Source: Escherichia phage a48. From it: a DNA stretch of 64,000 nt. Position 1 is the stretch's first letter. Every line of letters starts with the position of its first letter. Positions 10,080-19,101 of this stretch are shown one piece after another. The stretch is from the sequence record OQ067375.1, one strand, 5' to 3'. The position numbers and the translations under genes were made by a program. A model generated the notes under the pieces. It worked only from the letters and a program-made list of their open reading frames with translations, did no database searches and was not told where the DNA came from.

Positions 10080-10268
10080 TTAGTCATAATAATCAGTAAC
10101 AGTCCAAGCTTCATTTCTATTGGACATTATTTTTGTATATTCTGCTTTAAATGCATTCCTAAGCATAGATTCAGTAACTATATGCTCTTCATTAGAAAAA
10201 TTATTTCTCAGAATATATCGTTTTATTTCAGGAATAGTTAATAGATGCTGTCCAGTTGAATATTCCAT
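10080..10268 (-). CDS. hypothetical protein (45.2-like)
   Basis: 62-aa ORF at the T4 45.2 position. Confidence 0.55.
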   Translation of the reverse strand: MEYSTGQHLLTIPEIKRYILRNNFSNEEHIVTESMLRNAFKAEYTKIMSNRNEAWTVTDYYD

Positions 10269-10323
10269 GTTTTTCCTCCATAGAGATTATACTCTAATAA
10301 ATTAAAGCATAATCTCTTATAAA

Positions 10324-12006
10324 TTAAACCATTACAGTAAATCGACCAACTTTCTTCATTTGAAGATGCTGACCGTATGCTTGCGGGTCATGGTCTCTAT
10401 GTGAAATAACAAAAACGTTAGTATTTTTTAAACTATCTAAAATAATTGAAATAGCTTTTACACCTTCAACGTCGGTCGCTGAATCAAAAACTTCGTCAAG
10501 AATTAACGTGTTTATTTTAACACCTGAAACTTTTTCAGCAATATCACGCCAAGTAAATAAAAGAGCAATATCAATTCGTGCTTTTTCACCTTGACTGAAT
10601 GAAGCATAACTAAAATCTTCGCGACCACGGGATTTAATTGTCTCATTAAATTCTTCATCTAATGTAAACACATAATCCGCTTCCATTATTTTAAGATAAT
10701 GGTTAATCTGCTTATTAAATAATGGAATGTACTTTTTAATAATAGCACCTTTAATACCAGAATCTTTGAGCATATCAGTCAAAATTCCTCGGTGGTATTT
10801 TTCCATTACTAAATTAGTTTTTGTCTTAACAATTTTATCAAGTTCTTCTTGAAGCAGTGCTATTTCATCAGCATGGTCAATAAACTCAGAAGATGCTTTT
10901 TCTATAGCCGCTTTAACTTTTTTAGCTTTATCTACCGTCGTGATTAGAGATTGCTTTTTATTGCGGATATCATTTGCCAACGACTGTTGGGTTTTAATAT
11001 TATCTCGGTATTCATCAACAAGAACTTTTAAATTATCACGATGCGTTGAAAGCTGTTCAAATGAATGTGTGCATTCAGAAACTTTATCTTTAATTTTGGA
11101 AACAACTTTATCACCGGAACTCAATTGCGACAAACAGGTTGGACATAATCCACCTTCGTGATACATATTAATGACTTTATTATACGAGTCAATTTTTGAT
11201 TTAATTAAAACTGCTTCTTGACCGATTTTATTAAATGCATCAGTCGGGTCTTCGTCTAAAACAATATTAACTAATCTTTCGTTAGCTTCTTCTATTTCCG
11301 ATTTTAGCGTTCTAGCTTCTTTTGCCAAATCATCATACATATTTTGCAGACGAGTAAGGTTGTCACCAGTTAATTTTTTCTGGCGTTCAACATTATCATT
11401 ATATATTTTAATTTGTTGGATAATACTATCTTTTTTAACATCAAGCACTTGGTTTTGTGAATTTAATTCACGTATTAGTGCTTTATTAAGCTTATCCATT
11501 TCAGCTAATGTTCCTACCTCAAGCAGGTCTTCCACAAGCTTTCTTCGCGCAGGGGTCGACAAACCCATGAAAGGGGTATACCCTGCTGTACCAAGGACAA
11601 CAATCTGCTTGAAACTGGCATATGACATTCCGATAAGCTGTTCAAATTCTGCTTGGAAATCTTTACTGCTGGCAGATTCATTAAGACGTGTACCGTTAAC
11701 GGTGATTTCGAAAACGTTTGGTTTTTGTCCTCTTTTGATATAGTACTTTTTCTCATCATATTCCATCCACAGTTCAACTAAAAGTTCTTTCTTATTTGTG
11801 CTGTTTATTAATTGACCTTTCTTTACATCACGAAATGGCTTGCCAAAAAGCCCAAACGTGATGGCTTCTAGCATAGTAGACTTACCACCGCCATTTCGTC
11901 CAGTAATAAGAGTTTTTTGAACCTTATCTAATTGAATGTCAATAGGATTTCCACCTACTGACATTATATTTTGATACCTAACTCGGTTTAGTTTAAAATT
12001 CTTCAC
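10324..12006 (-). CDS. 46: recombination nuclease subunit (Rad50/SbcC-like ATPase)
   Basis: 560-aa ORF; Walker A GRNGGGKST, central coiled coil with CPTC zinc hook, signature FSQGE, Walker B LILDEVF. Confidence 0.93.
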   Translation of the reverse strand: MKNFKLNRVRYQNIMSVGGNPIDIQLDKVQKTLITGRNGGGKSTMLEAITFGLFGKPFRDVKKGQLINSTNKKELLVELWMEYDEKKYYIKRGQKPNVFEITVNGTRLNESASSKDFQAEFEQLIGMSYASFKQIVVLGTAGYTPFMGLSTPARRKLVEDLLEVGTLAEMDKLNKALIRELNSQNQVLDVKKDSIIQQIKIYNDNVERQKKLTGDNLTRLQNMYDDLAKEARTLKSEIEEANERLVNIVLDEDPTDAFNKIGQEAVLIKSKIDSYNKVINMYHEGGLCPTCLSQLSSGDKVVSKIKDKVSECTHSFEQLSTHRDNLKVLVDEYRDNIKTQQSLANDIRNKKQSLITTVDKAKKVKAAIEKASSEFIDHADEIALLQEELDKIVKTKTNLVMEKYHRGILTDMLKDSGIKGAIIKKYIPLFNKQINHYLKIMEADYVFTLDEEFNETIKSRGREDFSYASFSQGEKARIDIALLFTWRDIAEKVSGVKINTLILDEVFDSATDVEGVKAISIILDSLKNTNVFVISHRDHDPQAYGQHLQMKKVGRFTVMV

Positions 12007-12266
12007 AAAAGATTCCTTTTAATGTATCTTTTAGACCATTCTATCATATCATCATAATCTAAAAAGTATTCATCAAATTCAGCCATGCAAACAACGCCTT
12101 GTGCTGTTTTTGATGTAATATAAATTATTCCAACATATCTAGAATCTTCTTCGGTATAATCAATGTTTGCTATGAATTCATCATTAATGTCAAATGTCGA
12201 AAACTTCACAGTATGCATCCTTAATACAAGATACAGCCATATCTCGCAATGATTTAGGTGTGTCAT
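12003..12266 (-). CDS. hypothetical protein (46.1-like)
   Basis: 87-aa ORF after 46; true start possibly the internal Met at 12218. Confidence 0.4.
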   Translation of the reverse strand: MTHLNHCEIWLYLVLRMHTVKFSTFDINDEFIANIDYTEEDSRYVGIIYITSKTAQGVVCMAEFDEYFLDYDDMIEWSKRYIKRNLL

Positions 12267-12453
12267 TATCTAAAATGTTGAAGTTAAAAGATACAGCCCA
12301 GTCAGTGCAGACCGTAACCTTTTTAATACAATTATCTTCAACTTCTAGCGGTTCAAACCAGTATTCAATAATTTCTTTATGACCAATATCATCTTTTACT
12401 TCACATTCAAAATGCTGACTCATCATAACATTTTTAAATTCATCAAAAGTCAT
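12190..12453 (-). CDS. hypothetical protein (46.2-like)
   Basis: 87-aa ORF between 47 and 46. Confidence 0.45.
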   Translation of the reverse strand: MTFDEFKNVMMSQHFECEVKDDIGHKEIIEYWFEPLEVEDNCIKKVTVCTDWAVSFNFNILDNDTPKSLRDMAVSCIKDAYCEVFDI

Positions 12454-13469
12454 TGTGTTGCCTCTACATATAGCTGGTTTGCATATTGAATAAGTGCTTC
12501 ACGGTCAGAATCAGTGATGTCTGGAATTGCATTAATATACTCTTCCATTAATGTCTGAAGCGATTGAACTTCAACTTCTTCACTGTCATCTGACTCTACA
12601 GAGTTATCAATCTTTGACACAACTCGTAATGAATGCACAACTTTTTCTAATTCAGATTCGAACTTCGTCAGATTTTTGTCTACTTCAGTTACTATAACAC
12701 GTACTGATAGATTTGTAAAATCTTTATAGTCAATTTTTCCTTTAAATGGATAATGAATTCTACGATGCCAGGTAGTATTGTTTGGAATAAATTCCATTCG
12801 TTCTGTTTCTGTATCAAACATCCAGAATCCGCGAGGGTCATTCTCGTCACCTGCAGTTAGTGTCCATGGTGTCCCAATATATCTGACGTTAGCAGCCTCA
12901 GAGATAGTATGGAAGTGACCAGACCACACTTCTTTATAAGTCTTAAGGAAATCAGGTTCAAGACCGTGAGATTTCATTCCTTTATAAAAATAAAATCCAT
13001 TCAGTTCCCAGTGACCAACACAAAAAGAAGCAGATGAAGTTTTGATGTGCTCAAGAATTTCACCAGTATTTTCTTCGCACATCCAAGGAATTAAATCAAT
13101 CAAACATCCGTCAAAATCTACTGTAGTAGGCTTATCATATACTTTAACATTAGGATATTTAGCCAAAAGCTCAGTAGAGGCATTTGGAGTTAAAGTATTT
13201 TTAAAGTGCATATCATGGTTTCCTACAATAGTATGTAGGGTAATACCAGCATCATCAAGCATTTGAACTATTTCACGAGCGAACTCCATAGTTTTATGCG
13301 TGATTGCTTTTCGCACATCAAAAATATCGCCGTATTGAATCCAGGTAGTAATTCCATTTTTCTTAGAATATTCTATCGCTTGCTTAATTCCATCCAACTG
13401 AATGGATTGAACCCACTCATCATCGGCTTTAACGCCTAAATGCCAATCACCTAAATTTAAAATTTTCAT
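12450..13469 (-). CDS. 47: recombination nuclease subunit (Mre11/SbcD-like phosphoesterase)
   Basis: 339-aa ORF; metallophosphatase motifs DWHLG, GDIFD, GNHD. Confidence 0.93.
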   Translation of the reverse strand: MKILNLGDWHLGVKADDEWVQSIQLDGIKQAIEYSKKNGITTWIQYGDIFDVRKAITHKTMEFAREIVQMLDDAGITLHTIVGNHDMHFKNTLTPNASTELLAKYPNVKVYDKPTTVDFDGCLIDLIPWMCEENTGEILEHIKTSSASFCVGHWELNGFYFYKGMKSHGLEPDFLKTYKEVWSGHFHTISEAANVRYIGTPWTLTAGDENDPRGFWMFDTETERMEFIPNNTTWHRRIHYPFKGKIDYKDFTNLSVRVIVTEVDKNLTKFESELEKVVHSLRVVSKIDNSVESDDSEEVEVQSLQTLMEEYINAIPDITDSDREALIQYANQLYVEATQ

Positions 13470-13606
13470 ATATCAAGAACCGTCATTGAAATGTAAAATA
13501 AAATTATTGAAATAAATCCATCTGGAGTGCTAAAGAACCCAATCCAACATGCTCTAGTGAATAGATAAAATGCAAGAAAAAGTATCACATATCCAAGAAA
13601 TATCAT
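13466..13606 (-). CDS. small hydrophobic peptide
   Basis: 46-aa ORF MIFLGYVILFLAFYLF...; stop overlaps the gene 47 ATG (ATGA). Confidence 0.35.
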   Translation of the reverse strand: MIFLGYVILFLAFYLFTRACWIGFFSTPDGFISIILFYISMTVLDI

Positions 13607-13629
13607 TATATCAAACTCCGTATAAAGCT

Positions 13630-13647
13630 AAAGGGCCGAAGCCCTTT
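13630..13647 (-). other. intercistronic UUCG-tetraloop hairpin (between alpha-gt and 47)
   Basis: Plus aaagggc-cgaa-gcccttt. Confidence 0.6.
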
Positions 13648-14848
13648 ATTTTGTAATAATGTCAAACTGTTCTTTAAAGCAGAAGCTTGAATCTTGATGC
13701 TGATACAAAAATTCATATGCTTTTTCTCGCTCACGGTCATAAAGAGCTCGATCAGATGACAATTCTTTAATACGTTCAAATGTTGATTCCATGTCATTTT
13801 CATCAAACCAAATGATACCGCTATCATGCGAGGTCAAAGGAGTATTATCAACGCGGAATTTCAAATTATCACCCGTTGATTTCCAAAATACCGGAATTGT
13901 TCCACATGCACCAAGCTCGAGATGAGTATATTCTAAAGAACGCTGTAGATATTTTTTATCCAACTTACTCAACTGATAACCAAATCCGGATTTACTCATA
14001 CGCTCAAGCATTTCGCTATTTACATAACGGTCAAGAATTTGCGTTGGCAAATTAGGAGCAATTTTAATTTGGTCTACTTGATGAAGACGATAATACTCAT
14101 ATGGAATTCCTTTTTCTTTAATAGGAATGAACGCTGGAGAACGTTCCAGACCTTCCATAATAGTACTTAGTCCTGCAGGTTTAAGATGTTTTTCATGAAA
14201 ATCAAACATCTGATAAAAACCTTTCCATGTAGTCGTACGACCAATCCAGCGGTTGATATTCATGTTAATTTCAGAAACATCTTTCCAGTAGGTTGACCGA
14301 ACCCTCGCAATATCCATAGGAGGCTGAAAGTTGTATACGGTCGGTGCTTCTTCAATATCATCAAACAGAGAAACAGTTTCTGGATACCATTCTTTCATCA
14401 GAACTTTATTAAAATCACCATTATCAGAATGACTAAAAATAACATCAGCTCGACGAACAGTTTCTTCTAATCCCAAATTTCGACGCAAAGAAAGAGAAGA
14501 ATGGTCATGTTGATAAACTACAACACGAACAGAAGGTTTAATGTTATCAATAATTTTTTTATAGTTATTAATAGTGTCTTCTTCAACTGAAGTAGCAGGA
14601 ACTGAATTGATAATTAGAATATCACAATCATTTACCAGCTTAAGTGTTTTATCGTATTCTTTTGCCAATAAAACCGGAATTGAAAATGATTTATAATCAT
14701 GCGCGCAATTACGAGTAAATGATTTATCTTTAGCATAAACCAAAGTTACTTCATGACCATTTTTAATAAACCAATCACGTTGCTCAAGAGAAAATTTAGT
14801 TACACCACAACCTTCAAGACCTCGAGCCATAAAAATACATACTTTCAT
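13646..14848 (-). CDS. a-gt: DNA alpha-glucosyltransferase
   Basis: 400-aa ORF MKVCIFMARGLEGCGVTKFSLEQRDWFIKNGHEVTLVYAKDKSF..., near-identical to T4 alpha-gt. Confidence 0.95.
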   Translation of the reverse strand: MKVCIFMARGLEGCGVTKFSLEQRDWFIKNGHEVTLVYAKDKSFTRNCAHDYKSFSIPVLLAKEYDKTLKLVNDCDILIINSVPATSVEEDTINNYKKIIDNIKPSVRVVVYQHDHSSLSLRRNLGLEETVRRADVIFSHSDNGDFNKVLMKEWYPETVSLFDDIEEAPTVYNFQPPMDIARVRSTYWKDVSEINMNINRWIGRTTTWKGFYQMFDFHEKHLKPAGLSTIMEGLERSPAFIPIKEKGIPYEYYRLHQVDQIKIAPNLPTQILDRYVNSEMLERMSKSGFGYQLSKLDKKYLQRSLEYTHLELGACGTIPVFWKSTGDNLKFRVDNTPLTSHDSGIIWFDENDMESTFERIKELSSDRALYDREREKAYEFLYQHQDSSFCFKEQFDIITK

Positions 14849-14898
14849 TTAATATCCTCATTGTTTTGGTTTATTTTACCAAAAATTTATAAAGCAAT

Positions 14899-14918
14899 AT
14901 AGGAGCCGAAGCTCCTAT
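14899..14918 (-). other. intercistronic UUCG-tetraloop hairpin (after alpha-gt)
   Basis: Plus ataggagc-cgaa-gctcctat. Confidence 0.55.
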
Positions 14919-15088
14919 CCGCATAATACGCCATACAAAGGCTCATTAGAGCTTCTAAATTTTATGCGCTTATATGTTATAGTTCCTTCTGCTTTAGCTT
15001 TATCATGAGACTCTTTAAAGCGTCTCATCATTTCCTCTTTAGAGGAACGAATTTTATTATAATCTATTTCAGAAGTCTGGGTGTTCAT
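14915..15088 (-). CDS. hypothetical small protein
   Basis: 57-aa ORF MNTQTSEIDYNKIRSSKEEMMRRF... filling the gap after alpha-gt. Confidence 0.3.
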   Translation of the reverse strand: MNTQTSEIDYNKIRSSKEEMMRRFKESHDKAKAEGTITYKRIKFRSSNEPLYGVLCG

Positions 15089-15091
15089 CTT

Positions 15092-15298
15092 TCATAACTG
15101 CCACCATTTTTTAACTTGATAAGAATCAACCCACACTTTCATATTAGGGTCTGCTCTTACAATAGGAGGATTAACTTCTTTAATTGAACTATCACGGTAT
15201 TCTTTTTCAGAAATTTTCACACAAAGATGACCATTCAAAGATTCAGTAAATCCTGCATTAATTTTAAGACGCTTGAATTTTACGTGTGTAAGCATCAA
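15092..15298 (-). CDS. hypothetical protein
   Basis: 68-aa ORF in the operon-like run between 55 and alpha-gt. Confidence 0.4.
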   Translation of the reverse strand: MMLTHVKFKRLKINAGFTESLNGHLCVKISEKEYRDSSIKEVNPPIVRADPNMKVWVDSYQVKKWWQL

Positions 15299-15581
15299 TC
15301 ATATCCTCAATCTGCGATCTAGTAGTCTTCCAAAGAATACTAATGAGTTCATCGTTATATGGCTGTTTTAGAATATCCCGACTTTTCTTGATAGCATATT
15401 CGTATTGAGCAAAATTATTATTTTCAGCTGCAATCTGAGCGTGCTTATAAAGACGATTCAGTTCGCGTTTGTTTTTAGACAATAACTTATTTGCTTTTCT
15501 TTCTGCTTCAAGACGGTTCTTTTCTTCAATAGAAGAAATAAGCTTTTCCACTTCATCATTAATTTCGGGTTTATCAGTCAT
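15264..15581 (-). CDS. hypothetical protein
   Basis: 105-aa charged helical ORF. Confidence 0.5.
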   Translation of the reverse strand: MTDKPEINDEVEKLISSIEEKNRLEAERKANKLLSKNKRELNRLYKHAQIAAENNNFAQYEYAIKKSRDILKQPYNDELISILWKTTRSQIEDMIDAYTRKIQAS

Positions 15582-15582
15582 A

Positions 15583-15801
15583 TTATTTCTCTAATATAAA
15601 ATAAAAATCATCATCTGTTAAATGATACCGATAGTTTAATTCTACACCATTAGATTTAAAAGCGGTATCATACGGATTTTCTGGATCAATATCAATGTCA
15701 AGAGCTAAAACTTCCCTGAGATACATTTTAAGTAAATAGGGAATAGCTTCAACTTCGGGTATTTCTTCCAAGAATCCGGAGAGGTTAATCGTTAGCCTCA
15801 T
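15583..15801 (-). CDS. hypothetical protein
   Basis: 72-aa ORF immediately downstream of 55. Confidence 0.45.
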
Positions 15802-16348
15802 ATAAAAAATCCAAACTAGGAGAATCGTCTACAACACTTTTCTTTTCAGCCCCCGGTGTTCTATAGGTTGATTCTTCGTAATGCGTCATTTTATCGTAGA
15901 TGTCTTGAATAAAAGTTTCATCTACTAACGCAACCATATCGTCGTCACGGCTGTCATAGACATTGTGAACGAAGTAACTATATTTCTTTGCAACTTCCTT
16001 ACGTTCTTTTTTAATACGTTGGACGAATGCATTAAAACAAGCTTGAGTTATATACGCATGTGGGTTTTTATATTTCGTTTCATCAAAATTGTGAAGCCCC
16101 TTAATAGAAGCTTCTATACCATCTGCAATCATTTCTTGTTTCCAAGACTGGGTGTATCCTGAAAAGTTGAAACGTTTAGATAAGCCTTCTGCAATAAGCA
16201 TAATGGCTAATCCGATAGTATCATTCTGACGAACTACTTTATTTGGGTCTTTATTATTTGCTAATTCTGTTTTCCAATCAATAATAGCTTGTAAAAGCTC
16301 TTTATTGTTTACGTAATTATATTTAGGCTTAGTTTCTGACATTTTCAC
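15785..16348 (-). CDS. 55: late-transcription sigma factor
   Basis: 187-aa ORF at the T4 gene 55 position, similar length to T4 gp55. Confidence 0.88.
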
Positions 16349-16424
16349 CTCTTAGCTCAATTCATAGATCTATTATATCATAATATTTGAAGATCTATCT
16401 TAAAGCACAGAGGATGAATCAATT

Positions 16425-16640
16425 TCAAGCATTCATCAGCTTAGCCGCTCCAAGAGCTGTATCTAGTGAATCAAATTGGTCAACATATTCAATCAATTCG
16501 CCGTAATTAGCATATAACCACCATTGGCTAAATTCATACTCAAGGATGAATCCGTTTCCTTCAATTTGAGTTAAACCAATGCCATTTGTATTTACTTCAT
16601 ATCCAGCAAGACGCAAATCGTTAATAAGAGCTTCGTTCAT
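16425..16640 (-). CDS. hypothetical protein
   Basis: 71-aa ORF. Confidence 0.4.
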   Translation of the reverse strand: MNEALINDLRLAGYEVNTNGIGLTQIEGNGFILEYEFSQWWLYANYGELIEYVDQFDSLDTALGAAKLMNA

Positions 16641-16642
16641 AA

Positions 16643-16969
16643 TTATACCTTAGTAATTTTCAGGTCTGCAAATTTTTTCTTGCGTTGATTTTTCATACGA
16701 CGAATAGTCTTATCGGAAATTTCATGCTTTTGATAAGCTTTAGATTCTACACCAAAAGCTTTAACATCAAATTCTGACAAGATATATTGAACCAACAATT
16801 CACGGATAGTATTGCGTCCAATCTTCTGATCATTCTGTTTCATCATCTGATGAAGCTCTTTTTCCCATTTATCCAAAATTTGAGGAGTTACAATATCGCC
16901 TTTTTCTAGCAAAGAAACTACTTTATCATATGCGTAAGAATTGATGGCGTTTTTAATTTGAATAGTCAT
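16643..16969 (-). CDS. hypothetical protein
   Basis: 108-aa ORF, tightly packed after the next gene. Confidence 0.45.
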   Translation of the reverse strand: MTIQIKNAINSYAYDKVVSLLEKGDIVTPQILDKWEKELHQMMKQNDQKIGRNTIRELLVQYILSEFDVKAFGVESKAYQKHEISDKTIRRMKNQRKKKFADLKITKV

Positions 16970-17007
16970 ACATTATCCTCAATTACGTTAAAATTTTATT
17001 ATCCAAA

Positions 17008-17023
17008 AAGGGCCGAAGCCCTT
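17008..17023 (-). other. intercistronic UUCG-tetraloop hairpin
   Basis: Plus aagggc-cgaa-gccctt. Confidence 0.6.
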
Positions 17024-17222
17024 AGCTAAACTTTTTGGCACCCTTCCAGCCTTCATACATCATTGCGGCTGATATTAATATTGCTCCTGAGCAACTTGAA
17101 TATTTGTGATTCCAAAACCAGTTCAGAAAAACTTCGTCATCAATACCTTGGGCTATCATATTTTCAAAGAACTGACGACGAGCTTCGGCAATTCGCTGCG
17201 ATAATTTAGATTCAGGATTCAT
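17022..17222 (-). CDS. hypothetical protein
   Basis: 66-aa ORF following a UUCG hairpin. Confidence 0.4.
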   Translation of the reverse strand: MNPESKLSQRIAEARRQFFENMIAQGIDDEVFLNWFWNHKYSSCSGAILISAAMMYEGWKGAKKFS

Positions 17223-17438
17223 TTAAATTTCCCAATTACCATTTTCATCAATAAATTTAATCCAGTCATTTACTGACCACTTAGTTGTATCGCCTTTTGG
17301 AGCAACATTTAAAGTATATAGCCCTTGCTTAAAAAGCATTCGTTTGATATTCATATTTTCCTCAGCTATAACGATAACACTCGTTTGATTTACGTTTAGC
17401 AACTCGTTGAGAAGTATTATAATCAAAATCATCGTCAA
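17223..17438 (-). CDS. hypothetical protein
   Basis: 71-aa ORF. Confidence 0.4.
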   Translation of the reverse strand: MTMILIIILLNELLNVNQTSVIVIAEENMNIKRMLFKQGLYTLNVAPKGDTTKWSVNDWIKFIDENGNWEI

Positions 17439-17700
17439 TGTAAACTGATTTTTTCAACTTTCTTACTTCACCACGTAATTGACGATTTAGCTCATCTTTA
17501 ACTTCTGAATCAATGCCTTTCATTCTACGCCATTTATCTGAGCGAAAAATGTTTTCAACCATATCTTTATGACTTACACCATCAGGAGCTTTACGCTTTC
17601 CGAAATAGTCATAATCACGCACTTTTAAGTCTTTACGACGATACGTTTTACCCATGGAGTTTAATTTCCTTAGCAATTGAACTAAATACAGCACGGTCAC
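17362..17700 (-). CDS. hypothetical basic protein
   Basis: 112-aa ORF; likely true start at internal Met (MGKTYRRKDLKV, about 17655). Confidence 0.4.
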   Translation of the reverse strand: MTVLYLVQLLRKLNSMGKTYRRKDLKVRDYDYFGKRKAPDGVSHKDMVENIFRSDKWRRMKGIDSEVKDELNRQLRGEVRKLKKSVYIDDDFDYNTSQRVAKRKSNECYRYS

Positions 17701-17830
17701 AAATCATGTGTTTATGTAACTTAAGTATAAGATAATAAACATCATAACCATTTACGTAAGTAACGCGAACAGCATTACCATTAATAAGATAATACTGCCC
17801 CTTTTTAATTTCTTTATCAATCATAACCAT
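17648..17830 (-). CDS. hypothetical protein
   Basis: 60-aa ORF just downstream of an early promoter. Confidence 0.4.
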   Translation of the reverse strand: MVMIDKEIKKGQYYLINGNAVRVTYVNGYDVYYLILKLHKHMICDRAVFSSIAKEIKLHG

Positions 17831-17860
17831 ATCAATTCCTCAAAGGCAATTCATGTGTTA

Positions 17861-17890
17861 ATAATACCACAGTTTGAGCTCGTTGTAAAC
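17861..17890 (-). promoter_or_regulatory. T4-type early promoter
   Basis: Minus sense GTTTAC ... TGgTATTAT upstream of ORF 17648..17830. Confidence 0.5.
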
Positions 17891-17988
17891 AACTTTGTGA
17901 AAAATATTTTAGGGAATGATAAGAAAGGAACGATAGCTTAGAATGGTAATATACAGAATGTGAGAAAGAAAGGCCCAGAGGGCCCGTC

Positions 17989-18297
17989 TTAATCTTCTAT
18001 GATATCTCTATCATATCCAAGTGAAATGAGAGTTTCTTTGAAGTGTTTAATGTTCTTTTGTCTAGAATCATTAATGAAAATGACTGGATAACGAATGTTA
18101 AGAGATGTGAATCCAGCTCGTTTAGCAAGAGATACAATCAGTGGACGATCATACTCAATCTTACCATTATTTGTAAGAACTTTATAGAAAGTAAAAGGAG
18201 CATTGAGCTCCTTTAGAAGTTTTGTAACTGATTGACATCCAGGACAACGACCTACTTCATCTGGAATTCCATAGACTTCAATCTTATTTTGTTTCAC
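17989..18297 (-). CDS. nrdH: glutaredoxin-like protein NrdH
   Basis: 102-aa ORF with CPGC redox motif, upstream of nrdG/nrdD. Confidence 0.8.
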   Translation of the reverse strand: MKQNKIEVYGIPDEVGRCPGCQSVTKLLKELNAPFTFYKVLTNNGKIEYDRPLIVSLAKRAGFTSLNIRYPVIFINDSRQKNIKHFKETLISLGYDRDIIED

Positions 18298-18299
18298 AA

Positions 18300-18512
18300 C
18301 TATTCCTTACTAAGAGCAGCATTCAGCTTGTTAGTAATTTTATCCAGGCGCTCATTGAACTCACTGGAAGATAAGCCCTTTTCTGGAGAAATTAAACTAA
18401 TCACGAAAAATATAGCAATAAAAGGAATAAGGAAAATAGCTCCAACTGCCATAAACAGAAAGAATGTTACAGTTGTAAGAAAATCAGCTAAACCTTTACG
18501 AAATTTATACAT
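18300..18512 (-). CDS. small membrane protein
   Basis: 70-aa ORF with one strongly hydrophobic helix. Confidence 0.45.
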   Translation of the reverse strand: MYKFRKGLADFLTTVTFFLFMAVGAIFLIPFIAIFFVISLISPEKGLSSSEFNERLDKITNKLNAALSKE

Positions 18513-18630
18513 TTACATTTACCTTTAATTGATTAACCAAGCATTGATAAGCACTAAACTATATTGGGAATAAAATTCTGGACCAAAATGAAAAATCATA
18601 TCATTTATAGTATCCATAATGTAATTCAAT

Positions 18631-19101
18631 TTAATCATGTTTCCACACCCCATCGGTATTTGACCAAAGTCGCTGATTATCTGATCCTCGCCACAGCTTT
18701 TTAGTCGGAAGATTTTTCTCATACTTCCCATCAATAATAACATCAACATATTTAAGCATTTCTAGTTGTTTAATATCTTCAAACTTATATCCTGTCCACA
18801 ACCAAATGCTTTTATTGGGATAAAGATTTTTAATAGTTTGAACAATGCAATGAATAACATCTCGATTGTCAGGATAGAGAGGGTCTCCTCCAGTTATAGT
18901 CAATCCTTCTATATAATCATTATTCAAACATTCAATTAATTGTTCTAGTGTTTCACCAGTGAATGGAATACCATTTCTAGCATTCCATGTTGATTTATTA
19001 TAACACCCTTCACATTTATGCAAACAACCTGTAACGAAAAGAACGACCCTGCAACCAGGGCCATTAACAAAATCGCAAGGATAAAATCTATCATAATTCA
19101 T
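18631..19101 (-). CDS. nrdG: anaerobic ribonucleotide reductase activase (radical SAM)
   Basis: 156-aa ORF with cysteine cluster CLHKCEGCYN. Confidence 0.9.
   Translation of the reverse strand: MNYDRFYPCDFVNGPGCRVVLFVTGCLHKCEGCYNKSTWNARNGIPFTGETLEQLIECLNNDYIEGLTITGGDPLYPDNRDVIHCIVQTIKNLYPNKSIWLWTGYKFEDIKQLEMLKYVDVIIDGKYEKNLPTKKLWRGSDNQRLWSNTDGVWKHD

Noticed and set aside
18525-18749. 74-aa ORF overlapping the 3' end of nrdG
   Set aside because: Overlaps nrdG by ~120 nt in another frame with no independent support; at most a ~37-aa peptide from an internal start.
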